Part shown: piece by piece, positions 27,298-36,155 of the stretch
How positions within the stretch are numbered: position 1 is the stretch's first letter
How the letters are laid out: each line of letters begins with the position of its first letter
Source: Escherichia phage kvi
Strand: one strand, 5' to 3'
Length of the DNA stretch: 64,000 nt
Sequence record: MN850615.1
Notes under the pieces: model-generated
Databases searched by the model: none
Seen by the model: only the letters and a program-made list of their open reading frames with translations
What the model was told of the DNA's origin: nothing
Made by a program: the position numbers and the translations under genes

Positions 27298-28077
27298 ATG
27301 GCAGTAGTTGGTGTTCCTGGTTGGATTGGAAGTTCAGCCGCAAATGAAACAGGGCAACGATGGATGAGTCAAGCGGCTGGTCAATTAAGATTGGGTGTTC
27401 CTTGCTGGATGAGTCAATTTGCAGGTCGCTCGCGAGAAATTATTCATACACTTGGTGCAGACCATAACTTCAATGGTCAGTGGTTCCGTGATAGATGCTT
27501 TGAAGCAGGTAGTACACCTATAGTGTTTAATATCACTGGAGATTTAGTATCATATTCTAAAGATGTTCCTTTATTCTTTATGTACGGAGATACACCGAAT
27601 GAATATGTTCAGTTGAATATACACGGCGTAACGATGTATGGACGTGGCGGTAATGGCGGTAGCAATGGTCCTGGATCAGCCGGGGGGCATTGTATTCAAA
27701 ATGATATTGGTGGGAGACTAAGAATTAATAATGGTGGAGCTATTGCAGGTGGCGGTGGCGGTGGCGGTGGCGGTAACAGGGGTCGACTAGTATTTGGTGG
27801 TGGCGGTGGTCGCCCATTCGGTGCTGGTGGGTCTTCCTCGAATATGGGTTCTGGTGCAACCGCTGGCACTATTTACGCTCCGGGTCAAGGATCTGTTGGT
27901 TCGGGGTCTCTTAGTGCATATACAGGCGGTGCGGGCGGTAACGTTGGTGCTGCTGGAGGAAGATGTAATACTCACGGTAACGGTACAGAATATAACGGCG
28001 GAGCTGCTGGTTATGCTGTTATAGGGTCTGCTCCAACGTGGCAAAATCGCGGAGCTATTTACGGACCGGCTGTTTAG
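27298..28077 (+). CDS. 38: tail fibre adhesin gp38 (T2-type, glycine-rich motifs)
   Basis: 259 aa; conserved N-terminus [23 protein letters not shown] and multiple poly-Gly motifs separating variable segments. Confidence 0.8.
   Translation: MAVVGVPGWIGSSAANETGQRWMSQAAGQLRLGVPCWMSQFAGRSREIIHTLGADHNFNGQWFRDRCFEAGSTPIVFNITGDLVSYSKDVPLFFMYGDTPNEYVQLNIHGVTMYGRGGNGGSNGPGSAGGHCIQNDIGGRLRINNGGAIAGGGGGGGGGNRGRLVFGGGGGRPFGAGGSSSNMGSGATAGTIYAPGQGSVGSGSLSAYTGGAGGNVGAAGGRCNTHGNGTEYNGGAAGYAVIGSAPTWQNRGAIYGPAV
27748..27774 (+). repeat. (GGTGGC)n hexanucleotide repeat inside gene 38
   Basis: ggt ggc x4 + ggt encoding a Gly9 run. Confidence 0.9.
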
Positions 28078-28140
28078 ACGCAATTATAAAAAGAATTAAG
28101 GAAAACTCCCACGGAAGGGAACTACTAAGGAGAAACGGCT

Positions 28141-28380
28141 ATGGTCTATAATATCGTCATTGGTGCTTTGTCTAATTTCGGAATGAAACTATTGTCAAAG
28201 TTAATTAGTGAAAAGATGCTCACTAAAATTTTCTTCTATTGCGCTCGTCGTCTTGCGGCTTATACCAATACGCCAATTGATGATCGTTTTGTGGAAGAAC
28301 TTTATAAGGAGTTTAATAAAGATCAGTCAGAAGATAGTAACGAGCAAGATAAACCTAGTGATAGTCAACTACCTAAATAA
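28141..28380 (+). CDS. hypothetical protein
   Basis: 79-aa ORF between 38 and t; hydrophobic N-terminus, acidic C-terminus. Confidence 0.4.
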   Translation: MVYNIVIGALSNFGMKLLSKLISEKMLTKIFFYCARRLAAYTNTPIDDRFVEELYKEFNKDQSEDSNEQDKPSDSQLPK

Positions 28381-28413
28381 GAGTACACTGTCATAGTTAT
28401 CTTAGGGCATTAT

Positions 28414-29070
28414 ATGCAAGTTTCTGAAAAAGGGAAAGACTTTGCTATCTCAAATGTCCTGCGCGCTATTTTCACAACTAAAAGCACGGAGTTGCTCGTA
28501 CTTCGTGTTTTTGCTGCCGTCGTGTTGTCCATATTAGCATTTGTCGTTTATAGTAAAAACGAGTTATTTGCGCTTTATAAAGAGACTCGTTATGAGACTT
28601 ATGCTCACATTCTCCAGGTAGAGAAAGACCGCAATTTTGATAATGCAGCACAGGAGCAGTTACAGATAGTTCATGTGTCGGCTGATGCCGATTTTTCTGC
28701 TGTTTTTAGTTTTCGTCCGAAAAACCTAAACTATTTTGTTGATTTGGTGGCATATGAAGGAAAGCTACCGCATACAATCGATGAAAAAAATTTAGGTGGA
28801 TTCCCTATCAATAAAACGAGTGAAGAATATCGTAGGCATCTTTTAGGTAAATCCTATTTTACCGATAAAGATTTCCAGTATATTCCATCAAGAGAAAAGA
28901 AATTAGAGAATATCGATATAGGTTTCATGTATTCTTGTCCTATATTCAATCTCGATAATGTCTATTCTGGTAGTATCGCCATTTCATGGAAGAATAAACC
29001 GGATATTGACATTGAGAATTTAGATACTCTTTGCAATCAATCTGCCAGAATCCTCGGAAGGATTAGATAA
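28414..29070 (+). CDS. t: holin
   Basis: 218 aa; single N-terminal TM then large periplasmic domain with conserved block LQIVHVSADADFSAVFSFRPKNLNYFVD..AYEGKLP; T4 t position and size. Confidence 0.85.
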   Translation: MQVSEKGKDFAISNVLRAIFTTKSTELLVLRVFAAVVLSILAFVVYSKNELFALYKETRYETYAHILQVEKDRNFDNAAQEQLQIVHVSADADFSAVFSFRPKNLNYFVDLVAYEGKLPHTIDEKNLGGFPINKTSEEYRRHLLGKSYFTDKDFQYIPSREKKLENIDIGFMYSCPIFNLDNVYSGSIAISWKNKPDIDIENLDTLCNQSARILGRIR

Positions 29071-29073
29071 CTT

Positions 29074-29109
29074 AAAGGGGAAGCCTTTCGGCCTCCCCTT
29101 CTTTTTATT
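29074..29109. terminator. bidirectional hairpin terminator between convergent t and minus-strand early genes
   Basis: GGGGAAGCC-TTTC-GGCCTCCCC flanked by T-run on plus strand and on minus strand. Confidence 0.55.
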
Positions 29110-29353
29110 GGCGCATAGACGCGCCTGAATCGCATTTTGACGCTGTATGATGAAAACAGGTAGCGTACCAGTCATCGGCTTGTTTGTCTTCGTCAGAAAA
29201 CGCGTAATTGCGTTGTATGCCGTTTTCTACTTTGACCAGTGCAATAGCTGTTTCTGGAAGATCAATCAATCGGACAAAATCGCCATCTTCCCATTCTACA
29301 CGAGCAATATCATAACCCATCTCAAAATAAACAATCGCTTGCTCTAATCTCAT
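29105..29353 (-). CDS. hypothetical protein
   Basis: 82-aa ORF. Confidence 0.4.
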   Translation of the reverse strand: MRLEQAIVYFEMGYDIARVEWEDGDFVRLIDLPETAIALVKVENGIQRNYAFSDEDKQADDWYATCFHHTASKCDSGASMRQ

Positions 29354-29697
29354 TCTGGAAACTTCCCGTAAACATTCTCTGCCAACTTACGTGCATCGCT
29401 AATAATATCTTTCATGTGATGGTCGTATTGCTTTGCCATAATAAGAATACAATCAATGAAGAATGAATAACGTCTAGAATTTACTAAAAAGTTTTTACCT
29501 AGTGAATCAAACGGATCTGGATCATCAAGTTCGATAGATTCTCTAACTTTAGACAATTCTTTCATTACAAGGTTTACATCGTTTATAATATCTTTTGATT
29601 TATATGCGCCTTTCTTTAACAATATGGCGGTCAATTCTGACGCAGTTTCTTGAAATTCTTTCTGATAAGCTGAGTTTACATCATCGATATTAAACAT
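29350..29697 (-). CDS. hypothetical protein (paralog pair member)
   Basis: 115 aa, starts MFNIDDV; similar size and N-terminus to neighbour 29707..30039. Confidence 0.45.
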   Translation of the reverse strand: MFNIDDVNSAYQKEFQETASELTAILLKKGAYKSKDIINDVNLVMKELSKVRESIELDDPDPFDSLGKNFLVNSRRYSFFIDCILIMAKQYDHHMKDIISDARKLAENVYGKFPE

Positions 29698-29706
29698 AAT
29701 CGCCTC

Positions 29707-30039
29707 TCAAATATTGCCGTAAATGTTTTCAGTCATGGTTCTTGCTTCTTCCAGCATTTTGGTCATGCTCATGGTGTAGTTGTTATCTCGTACAGACTTA
29801 ATAACGACAAGCAAGGAATCTAGGAAAACTTTATATACTCTCCATTTTACGCTATTGTTGAATAGTTTTATATCTTCTACTTTATCGATCAGATAACCTA
29901 AAACAGATAGCGCCTCGTTCACTTCTTCCGTTACTTTACTGCCACTAAACCAGATGGGGTAAAGCTGGATTGACAGCGACCGTGCTGCCTCTTTCAGTTC
30001 GGTCGCCTTCCATGATTCATATTGATCAAAGTTAAACAT
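29707..30039 (-). CDS. hypothetical protein (paralog pair member)
   Basis: 110 aa, starts MFNFDQY. Confidence 0.45.
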   Translation of the reverse strand: MFNFDQYESWKATELKEAARSLSIQLYPIWFSGSKVTEEVNEALSVLGYLIDKVEDIKLFNNSVKWRVYKVFLDSLLVVIKSVRDNNYTMSMTKMLEEARTMTENIYGNI

Positions 30040-30051
30040 TATAGAATACCA

Positions 30052-30384
30052 TTACAGATGAAAACCTGTTACGATCACCGCATCGATCATACCGCTAGGA
30101 ATAAACGGTTCGCCCTCTTTTATTTCAACTTTGAATTGATGCCATTTCGCTAATACTTCTTCCGGTACACCCAGCGATTTGGCGTCTGCTTTAGTTTCAT
30201 CCATAATCCAACTAGGCTGCATGAGAGCATAGTTTACATAGTCCATTTCTGGGGTCATGTCATCAATGTTAATATATTTGCAGTTGACGCGTTTCAGAAT
30301 TTCAAATTCTTTATTGTCAACCTGTACCATGTATAATTCAGTAGTTTCTGGAATCAGTTCCCACACAATCAGTACATTTTTCAT
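30052..30384 (-). CDS. hypothetical protein
   Basis: 110-aa ORF. Confidence 0.45.
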   Translation of the reverse strand: MKNVLIVWELIPETTELYMVQVDNKEFEILKRVNCKYINIDDMTPEMDYVNYALMQPSWIMDETKADAKSLGVPEEVLAKWHQFKVEIKEGEPFIPSGMIDAVIVTGFHL

Positions 30385-30392
30385 AGTTCACC

Positions 30393-30761
30393 TCACTTAA
30401 CAAAGATTTTCTTTAATGCTTTCAGGATCGTTGCTTCCGGTGCTTCTTCCGGTGGAGGAAGCAATTCTACCACTTCCTCTTCCAACTCGATATAGTCTAC
30501 CAGATATTCTACATAGAATGCAAGTGCTTCCATGAAATTAGATGCTACATCCGATTCACCACAAGCGCCTACATGCATTGTATAAACATCACTGCGATCA
30601 AGTTTGTGGATGCTTCCCAGATAGTTTCGGTTATACCAGACTTCCCACACTTTCAGCTTTCCGGTTTTGGTTGCTGTTTTATAATCGGTTTCGTAATGAT
30701 GCAATTGACGTTGCAGATCATTGATAATAACACATTTTTCGTAATTGTTTTGAATTTCCAT
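30393..30761 (-). CDS. hypothetical protein
   Basis: 122-aa ORF with acidic proline-rich C-terminus. Confidence 0.45.
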   Translation of the reverse strand: MEIQNNYEKCVIINDLQRQLHHYETDYKTATKTGKLKVWEVWYNRNYLGSIHKLDRSDVYTMHVGACGESDVASNFMEALAFYVEYLVDYIELEEEVVELLPPPEEAPEATILKALKKIFVK

Positions 30762-30771
30762 GATGTAATCC

Positions 30772-30963
30772 TCACTTATCGTTAAGAAGTTCTAAAACTT
30801 TCTGTCGTACTTTGTCAATATTAGTTGATTCAAAAACTGTACGGTATCCCCAGCTTTGACCGTATGATCGCGAGCAATCCCCATATCCCCATTGTTCAAT
30901 CTGATAGTATTCAAGGAATGGGTGCTGCCGAACTATGATACCATCGCGATTAAAAATTACCAT
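30772..30963 (-). CDS. hypothetical protein
   Basis: 63-aa ORF. Confidence 0.4.
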   Translation of the reverse strand: MVIFNRDGIIVRQHPFLEYYQIEQWGYGDCSRSYGQSWGYRTVFESTNIDKVRQKVLELLNDK

Positions 30964-30986
30964 AATATAATCCTCACGTCAACAAC

Positions 30987-31274
30987 TTATTTTCGGTTGT
31001 GGTCACGATATGTTTTAAAATATCCCTCGTACCACGGTAAAATATCTGGATTTTTACCACTATACAGACCTTTAACCATCATGTCAATAAGGCCACCTGG
31101 TGTTTGATAGTTTCCAGCTTTTATAAGCTCTCTGATTAAAATCTCTCTGTATATGTCTTTCGGATCTTCGTAATCAACTTGTATTGTGGTTGTGTTCTCA
31201 TTCAATTTGGTTTCTGGAGTATCTCGCATCGCATCCCACCAATCTTTTGTGATCTTCATGTTATTGAATTGCAT
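30987..31274 (-). CDS. hypothetical protein
   Basis: 95-aa ORF. Confidence 0.4.
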   Translation of the reverse strand: MQFNNMKITKDWWDAMRDTPETKLNENTTTIQVDYEDPKDIYREILIRELIKAGNYQTPGGLIDMMVKGLYSGKNPDILPWYEGYFKTYRDHNRK

Positions 31275-31285
31275 AATTTAACCTC

Positions 31286-32044
31286 TTACTTGCAAACGTA
31301 TTGATCTACATCAATTGCGCCACCGAATGTAGGATGACGTTTTTCGAATCGAATAGTTCCGTCGTTTGGTTCGAAAACGGAGTATTCATATAGATCTTTC
31401 TTGCCAACATTCTTATAAAACCCGCCTTTAGTCATAACGGTTTCTTGTACGTTTGCTTTGTGTACGTTGTATTCGTCAATGTATACAAAATCAACCATCT
31501 TCCCATTTTTAATGGTTACTTTAAGATCTCCTGGTTGATTTCCATATTTGGCATACAGTGGCGCTTCTTTAATTTTTGTGGAAATTCCATCTTTCATACT
31601 CCACTCATAACGAACGGTGCATTGATAGGTAAAAGTTTCGACCTTCGGTTCTTCTACCACTTTTGCTTCCTGTTTCGGTTGTTCTTCTTCAACCTTCGCA
31701 GAAGTCTCTGAATCGCTTTCTGACGCGGTTTCTTCTTTAGGTAATACATTCATCAAGTTTTGGATTTGAGCGTTGTATACAGCCTCCAGTGGCTGAATCT
31801 GCCCGATATTGATCATTGTATCACGAACAGTTTTATTCCAGTTTCGTTGCTCTTGTTTCAGAGACGGATCAATCTTAACAGCCTTAACATACACCTCATG
31901 AAGTTTAGAGTCCAGTGCGGAGATAGACTCATTAGCACAAATAAACTTCTCTGATTTGGTAGTAGCTTTAGCGCAATCAAAGGACGCAGCGTTAGCACCG
32001 AAAGCAGTAGAAGAAAGAACGATAGCAGCGATAATGTTTTTCAT
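31286..32044 (-). CDS. secreted DUF1311 (LprI-like, putative lysozyme-inhibitor family) protein
   Basis: start refined to ATG 32044 (M1 of track lies inside promoter); signal peptide MKNIIAAIVLSSTAFGANA; DUF1311 signature SFDCAKA..EKFIC...LDSKL..VY...QR.W.K..RD; C-terminal Cys-bracketed domain (YQC...YVCK). Confidence 0.6.
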   Translation of the reverse strand: MKNIIAAIVLSSTAFGANAASFDCAKATTKSEKFICANESISALDSKLHEVYVKAVKIDPSLKQEQRNWNKTVRDTMINIGQIQPLEAVYNAQIQNLMNVLPKEETASESDSETSAKVEEEQPKQEAKVVEEPKVETFTYQCTVRYEWSMKDGISTKIKEAPLYAKYGNQPGDLKVTIKNGKMVDFVYIDEYNVHKANVQETVMTKGGFYKNVGKKDLYEYSVFEPNDGTIRFEKRHPTFGGAIDVDQYVCK

Positions 32045-32078
32045 AATATATTCCTCAGTGTTTTGTCTTGATGGGAGT

Positions 32079-32107
32079 ATCTTACTACTCACTTAATCCG
32101 GTGTCAA
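32079..32107 (-). promoter_or_regulatory. sigma70-like early promoter
   Basis: TTGACA N17 TAAGAT. Confidence 0.5.
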
Positions 32108-32114
32108 CTACTTT

Positions 32115-32270
32115 TTAAATTTCTTCTACAGTAAAGTCTTCAATGTTGTTGTGCTCGGCGAACGTTGCCAGACCAGCATTCCATGCATCATCCTCAGAGA
32201 AGAATACACCGTAACGTTCATATCCTTTAGCGCCTTCAAATTTAACCATTAATTTGTGAGTATGTTTCAT
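32115..32270 (-). CDS. small hypothetical protein
   Basis: start refined to ATG 32270 downstream of promoter (SD GAAGGAG); 51 aa. Confidence 0.4.
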   Translation of the reverse strand: MKHTHKLMVKFEGAKGYERYGVFFSEDDAWNAGLATFAEHNNIEDFTVEEI

Positions 32271-32301
32271 TTTGATTCTCCTTCGTTGTCTTGATGAGTT
32301 T

Positions 32302-32330
32302 AGTATAGGGGATCGCCGATCCCCTGTCAA
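32302..32330 (-). promoter_or_regulatory. sigma70-like early promoter with hairpin spacer
   Basis: TTGACA N17 TATACT; spacer GGGGATC-GGC-GATCCCC. Confidence 0.5.
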
Positions 32331-32339
32331 CAACTATTT

Positions 32340-32552
32340 TTAATTTTTACCCGCTCGTGCATTAATACGCATTTTCTGAATAGCCATGATCTGGCTTACT
32401 GCTTCTTCTTTACGTTCTTGCGTGATAACGTGACCAGATTCCGCAAACTCTCCCGCAACTTCTTCTACGATCTCGCGAACTTGAGAACGTCCAAATATGC
32501 GGTTTCCTTCGTAGCTCATAAATTCTGTTACTACTTGCTCGATAGATTTCAT
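32340..32552 (-). CDS. small hypothetical protein
   Basis: start refined to ATG 32552 (SD AAAGGAG); 70 aa. Confidence 0.4.
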   Translation of the reverse strand: MKSIEQVVTEFMSYEGNRIFGRSQVREIVEEVAGEFAESGHVITQERKEEAVSQIMAIQKMRINARAGKN

Positions 32553-32581
32553 GTGATTCTCCTTTCGTTTGGTATGGTAGT

Positions 32582-32610
32582 ATAATACTACTCCCATTTC
32601 TTTACGTCAA
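32582..32610 (-). promoter_or_regulatory. sigma70-like early promoter
   Basis: TTGACG N17 TATTAT. Confidence 0.45.
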
Positions 32611-32613
32611 CAA

Positions 32614-32775
32614 CTATTTTAAATTATTTTCGACCTTCACCCATTCCGCGTATTCTTGCGCGGCTACTTTCGGATTTAGTCCGTCTTCGTACATTGCTTC
32701 AAGTAATGCTTCGTCGGTGGGCTTATACCCTAGATAAGCCTCCACCTGATTTTTCCAAATTTTATACCAGTTCAT
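32614..32775 (-). CDS. small hypothetical protein
   Basis: start refined to ATG 32775; 53 aa. Confidence 0.35.
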   Translation of the reverse strand: MNWYKIWKNQVEAYLGYKPTDEALLEAMYEDGLNPKVAAQEYAEWVKVENNLK

Positions 32776-32779
32776 ATTA

Positions 32780-33052
32780 TCACCAGTCAAGAGCGCGTGT
32801 CTCTGCGTCTTCCCATGCTTGATCCATAACAGCCTTGAAAACATATTCTAAAGTATCATCTTTAGAGAATCCGAAGACCTTAGACGGAATATCTTCAATT
32901 GCTACTCCCGCGACTTCTGCATTACGCGCTTGGCAATAATGCAACTCTAAGTTATCGAGATAGCGACCGCCTAATTTCTCCATATCATCCCAGCATTTCC
33001 AGTAACCTACTTTATTTGCAATCGCTAACACCTTGCTGTTTTCGTTGTTCAT
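32780..33052 (-). CDS. hypothetical protein
   Basis: start refined to ATG 33052 (SD AAAAGGAG); 90 aa. Confidence 0.4.
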   Translation of the reverse strand: MNNENSKVLAIANKVGYWKCWDDMEKLGGRYLDNLELHYCQARNAEVAGVAIEDIPSKVFGFSKDDTLEYVFKAVMDQAWEDAETRALDW

Positions 33053-33083
33053 CTTTGATTCTCCTTTTGTTTGGTATGTGTGT

Positions 33084-33112
33084 ATTATGCAATGATGGAT
33101 TTGTGAAGTCAA
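33084..33112 (-). promoter_or_regulatory. sigma70-like early promoter
   Basis: TTGACT N17 CATAAT. Confidence 0.45.
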
Positions 33113-33121
33113 CAACTTTTT

Positions 33122-33153
33122 AAAATAAAAAAGCCGACCACACGGATCGGCTT
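33122..33153 (-). terminator. rho-independent terminator
   Basis: GCCGATC-CGTGT-GGTCGGC + TTTTTTATTTT on minus strand; near-identical to plus-strand terminator at 22743. Confidence 0.6.
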
Positions 33154-33162
33154 AATAATCAG

Positions 33163-33558
33163 TTACTTACTAAATTTCTTTTTGGCTTCGTCTACCGCAT
33201 GAGATGCCAGTACCGCAGCCGCATGTGCACTTTTATCTGTGTTGCAGAGAACGCCCAGATAAACATCACGCCAAAGTTTAATCATCTCGTAGATCATATC
33301 AATATCATTTTCTTGTTTGTTGGCGATGCTATTCGTCGTTATCTGGTAAGGTAACGGCTTGATCTGTACTGGTTCCGCCATCGGGCTAATCGGTTTCGGA
33401 TCAGTCATAATAGGTGCTGTTGTGGGTGGTGTTTTCCATACGTCATTATTCCACGGTTTAATCGTTGTATCGTAAAGTTTATAAGGATTTTTGTCTGGAT
33501 TAACCATCCAGGCATGATGAGTACCCAAACCATTTGAAGTGATGCGTCGTTCAGTCAT
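33163..33558 (-). CDS. hypothetical protein
   Basis: 131-aa ORF. Confidence 0.45.
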   Translation of the reverse strand: MTERRITSNGLGTHHAWMVNPDKNPYKLYDTTIKPWNNDVWKTPPTTAPIMTDPKPISPMAEPVQIKPLPYQITTNSIANKQENDIDMIYEMIKLWRDVYLGVLCNTDKSAHAAAVLASHAVDEAKKKFSK

Positions 33559-33760
33559 ACTTTCCCTCCAAAAATTCTTTCATCAAATAGTCTATCGTTG
33601 CTCTGTGTTCTGGTGTGTTTGTTATCTCTGCTAACTTATTCAGAGATTCAATAGTGATCCGGTTGGATTCTTCCAGTGTTTCAACGACAATTGGAACAAT
33701 CTTTTTATTGTTGTACACAAATGCAATATAACCGCCTTCTGGATATTCTTTCATAATCAA
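33551..33760 (-). CDS. hypothetical protein
   Basis: 69-aa ORF coupled to gene 52. Confidence 0.4.
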   Translation of the reverse strand: MIMKEYPEGGYIAFVYNNKKIVPIVVETLEESNRITIESLNKLAEITNTPEHRATIDYLMKEFLEGKYD

Positions 33761-35118
33761 CCCTTCTTAAGTTCTTTAAGATCTTTCTTATATTCCTTCA
33801 TTGCGGTCGTCTTTGTCCAATACTCATATTCACTATGATGTTTATCGGCATCTTTGACCAGTCGATCATACTCTTCTTGAGTAACGCTATACAATGGCAT
33901 AGAAACTAGCTTATCGGCGTATGGACGCAGTTTTTCATGTCCATTGATGGATTGCATTACCTCGGCCTTTTTCTTGCCCTGTAGCTCGATTTCGCCCTTA
34001 ATTACGCGGTCGATAAATTCAGCTTTAGCCATTGCATAATTGTATGCTTCCAGTGTTTCCGCTTGCATCAATTCAATGCGTTTATCGACATACCCTAATC
34101 GGATTTCGACGAATCGACGGATCAGATCGCTCGCTTTCTCGAATACTTCTACTAAACCACGTTCATTAACCACTACGATATTCTGGGCTACTAACTGTGT
34201 TAGTTTAAAATCCTTCATGATTTGCTCATGTCGAGCGGATTCATCTTCGCTTTTGAAATAATCGCGTTTCAGTGTTACTTCAAATCTGAATCCGTCCTTA
34301 GAGCAACGGTCATTATACGATACAATCAGATCTTTTTCTTCCAGTGCATCCAGTACCGCTACATATTCTTCACGGTCGAACTTATAAGGAACTTCTGATA
34401 TTGTCAGTTTAGTCTTGCCGTTTAGTTCATATGTACCCTCAAGAATCACACCATCGCGATCATCTCGCGGGATAACTTTACCCGTGAATTTCGGGAATTG
34501 AACATTAGGTTCTTTATCCAGTTTTCCGGCAAGTGCTAGCTCTGTGCATTCAATAAGGCTTTCCAGTGAATGCGGTAAAATGTCAGTTTTATACCCTGAA
34601 GCAATACCACTAATACCATTAGCCAATACCATTGGCACAACTGGCAAGTAGAACGCTGGCGGGATGTGTTCCAGATCTTCGTGCTTAGGTGCGCAATTCA
34701 TATCTTTATAGATTTTAAAGAAGTTTTCATGCACACGAGCAAAGATATAACGTGCTGCACCTGCTTTCTGGACTAAACGAGATCCGAAGTTACCTTGACC
34801 GTCAAGCAGTGGAGTATTATTGCTCCATGTATTCGCCATGAGTGATCCGGCTTCTACGGCATTAGTTTCGCCGTGGTGATACCCCAATTCAGCAACACCA
34901 GATCCAATATCTGCCATCTTACGGAATTTCTTACGGTCGCCTTTACTCTTTTGAAGTGCGCACTCCATAACAAAGCGTTGCACTGGTTTAAGCCCATCTA
35001 CTAATTGAGGAATCCCGCGTTCCTCGGCAGAATAGATCGCATATTCCTTAGCTTCATTATGTACAATGCTTTCAAGGCTGCGGTAAGTAACTGATTTATT
35101 CATCTTCACCTCATACAC
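33757..35118 (-). CDS. 52: DNA topoisomerase II medium subunit gp52
   Basis: 453 aa; GyrA/ParC-type N-terminal motifs (AIYSAEERGIPQLVDGLKPVQRF, active-site Tyr region). Confidence 0.85.
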   Translation of the reverse strand: MYEVKMNKSVTYRSLESIVHNEAKEYAIYSAEERGIPQLVDGLKPVQRFVMECALQKSKGDRKKFRKMADIGSGVAELGYHHGETNAVEAGSLMANTWSNNTPLLDGQGNFGSRLVQKAGAARYIFARVHENFFKIYKDMNCAPKHEDLEHIPPAFYLPVVPMVLANGISGIASGYKTDILPHSLESLIECTELALAGKLDKEPNVQFPKFTGKVIPRDDRDGVILEGTYELNGKTKLTISEVPYKFDREEYVAVLDALEEKDLIVSYNDRCSKDGFRFEVTLKRDYFKSEDESARHEQIMKDFKLTQLVAQNIVVVNERGLVEVFEKASDLIRRFVEIRLGYVDKRIELMQAETLEAYNYAMAKAEFIDRVIKGEIELQGKKKAEVMQSINGHEKLRPYADKLVSMPLYSVTQEEYDRLVKDADKHHSEYEYWTKTTAMKEYKKDLKELKKG

Positions 35119-35473
35119 GCTTACAAATCACATTCTTTACTTTATCAGATTTATCAGCCCAATCCAATAGCCATTTTAACGGAAGGATTGACACAATAAA
35201 CGGGGCAGCAATCAAAGCAAACATGATACACCGGATAATCAGGAAAGTGCAAGTAACAAAGCTAGCGATACTGATCCCGACAAAACAAAATACCATAGAA
35301 AACAGAGTAATGATATAGAAAGGCCAGAATACCCACTCCCGCATCTTAACGCCTTTGTATTCTCTGAATTGCTTAAAATCTACAAACAACTCTCGGATAG
35401 ACGCGTACAGGACCGAAAAATCATCTTTCATTGCTCTGAATGAGCAATCTTCTATTTTAGAATGACCTAGCAT
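35111..35473 (-). CDS. hypothetical membrane protein
   Basis: 120 aa with 2-3 predicted TM helices. Confidence 0.45.
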   Translation of the reverse strand: MLGHSKIEDCSFRAMKDDFSVLYASIRELFVDFKQFREYKGVKMREWVFWPFYIITLFSMVFCFVGISIASFVTCTFLIIRCIMFALIAAPFIVSILPLKWLLDWADKSDKVKNVICKRV

Positions 35474-35475
35474 TA

Positions 35476-35769
35476 TTAACCGCCTTTAACCATTGATACA
35501 GGAATTGTTTTCTGATTTGTGTATAAGTGGCCTACTTCAATTTTTTCTTGAATCACCACGACGTTACAATATCCACTGTCTTTAAGTTTTCTGATAATGA
35601 CTCGCTTTTGTTCGTCGGTGATAGGATTGACTGTTCTCACCAATTCACCGCAAATAATAGCACCATCTTTACAATTACCAGTAACTTTCATGCTACGACC
35701 GTGAACAACAACCACGTCACCGTAAATCACATTTTCGTCGTCGTATTTGGTAATAACCGTGACCGTCAT
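35476..35769 (-). CDS. hypothetical protein
   Basis: 97-aa ORF. Confidence 0.45.
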   Translation of the reverse strand: MTVTVITKYDDENVIYGDVVVVHGRSMKVTGNCKDGAIICGELVRTVNPITDEQKRVIIRKLKDSGYCNVVVIQEKIEVGHLYTNQKTIPVSMVKGG

Positions 35770-35780
35770 AATGTATTCCC

Positions 35781-35807
35781 TCTAAGAAAGGCCGCGCAAA
35801 GCGGCCT
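35781..35807 (-). terminator. hairpin terminator-like element
   Basis: AGGCCGC-TTTGC-GCGGCCT + TTCTTAG (weak U-tract). Confidence 0.35.
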
Positions 35808-35814
35808 ATGTTGA

Positions 35815-36147
35815 TTATTGTTCTACAGTATAACCGTTGTTTTCAAGCCATGCAATAACAATCTTTTCGCCAATTTCATCGAGCATTTCATCAGCGCCAT
35901 ATTCTTTAATGAAAGTCGATGGATCATTATTGCTTACTACGTGCTGGATCACAACATGTTCAGGAATTGCGTCTAGTAGTTCGCTATGATCATACTCATT
36001 AACGATATCTTCAACACTAACATTATTAACCAAATCAACATCATCCATAGTCACAGTAACGCGACCGGACGGACGCAATGAATATTGGCTACTTTCAACT
36101 TCAACATGTGCACTTTCGCAAGTAACTTTCATATCAACCATAATCAA
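35815..36147 (-). CDS. hypothetical acidic protein
   Basis: 110-aa ORF. Confidence 0.45.
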   Translation of the reverse strand: MIMVDMKVTCESAHVEVESSQYSLRPSGRVTVTMDDVDLVNNVSVEDIVNEYDHSELLDAIPEHVVIQHVVSNNDPSTFIKEYGADEMLDEIGEKIVIAWLENNGYTVEQ

Positions 36148-36155
36148 TTCCTCTG

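Noticed and set aside
27787-28083. Overlapping ORFs on both strands in the gene 38 glycine-rich region and possibility of a repeat array
   Set aside because: Artefacts of GGN-rich coding sequence; the (GGTGGC)n tract is short, in frame and coding, not a CRISPR or satellite array.
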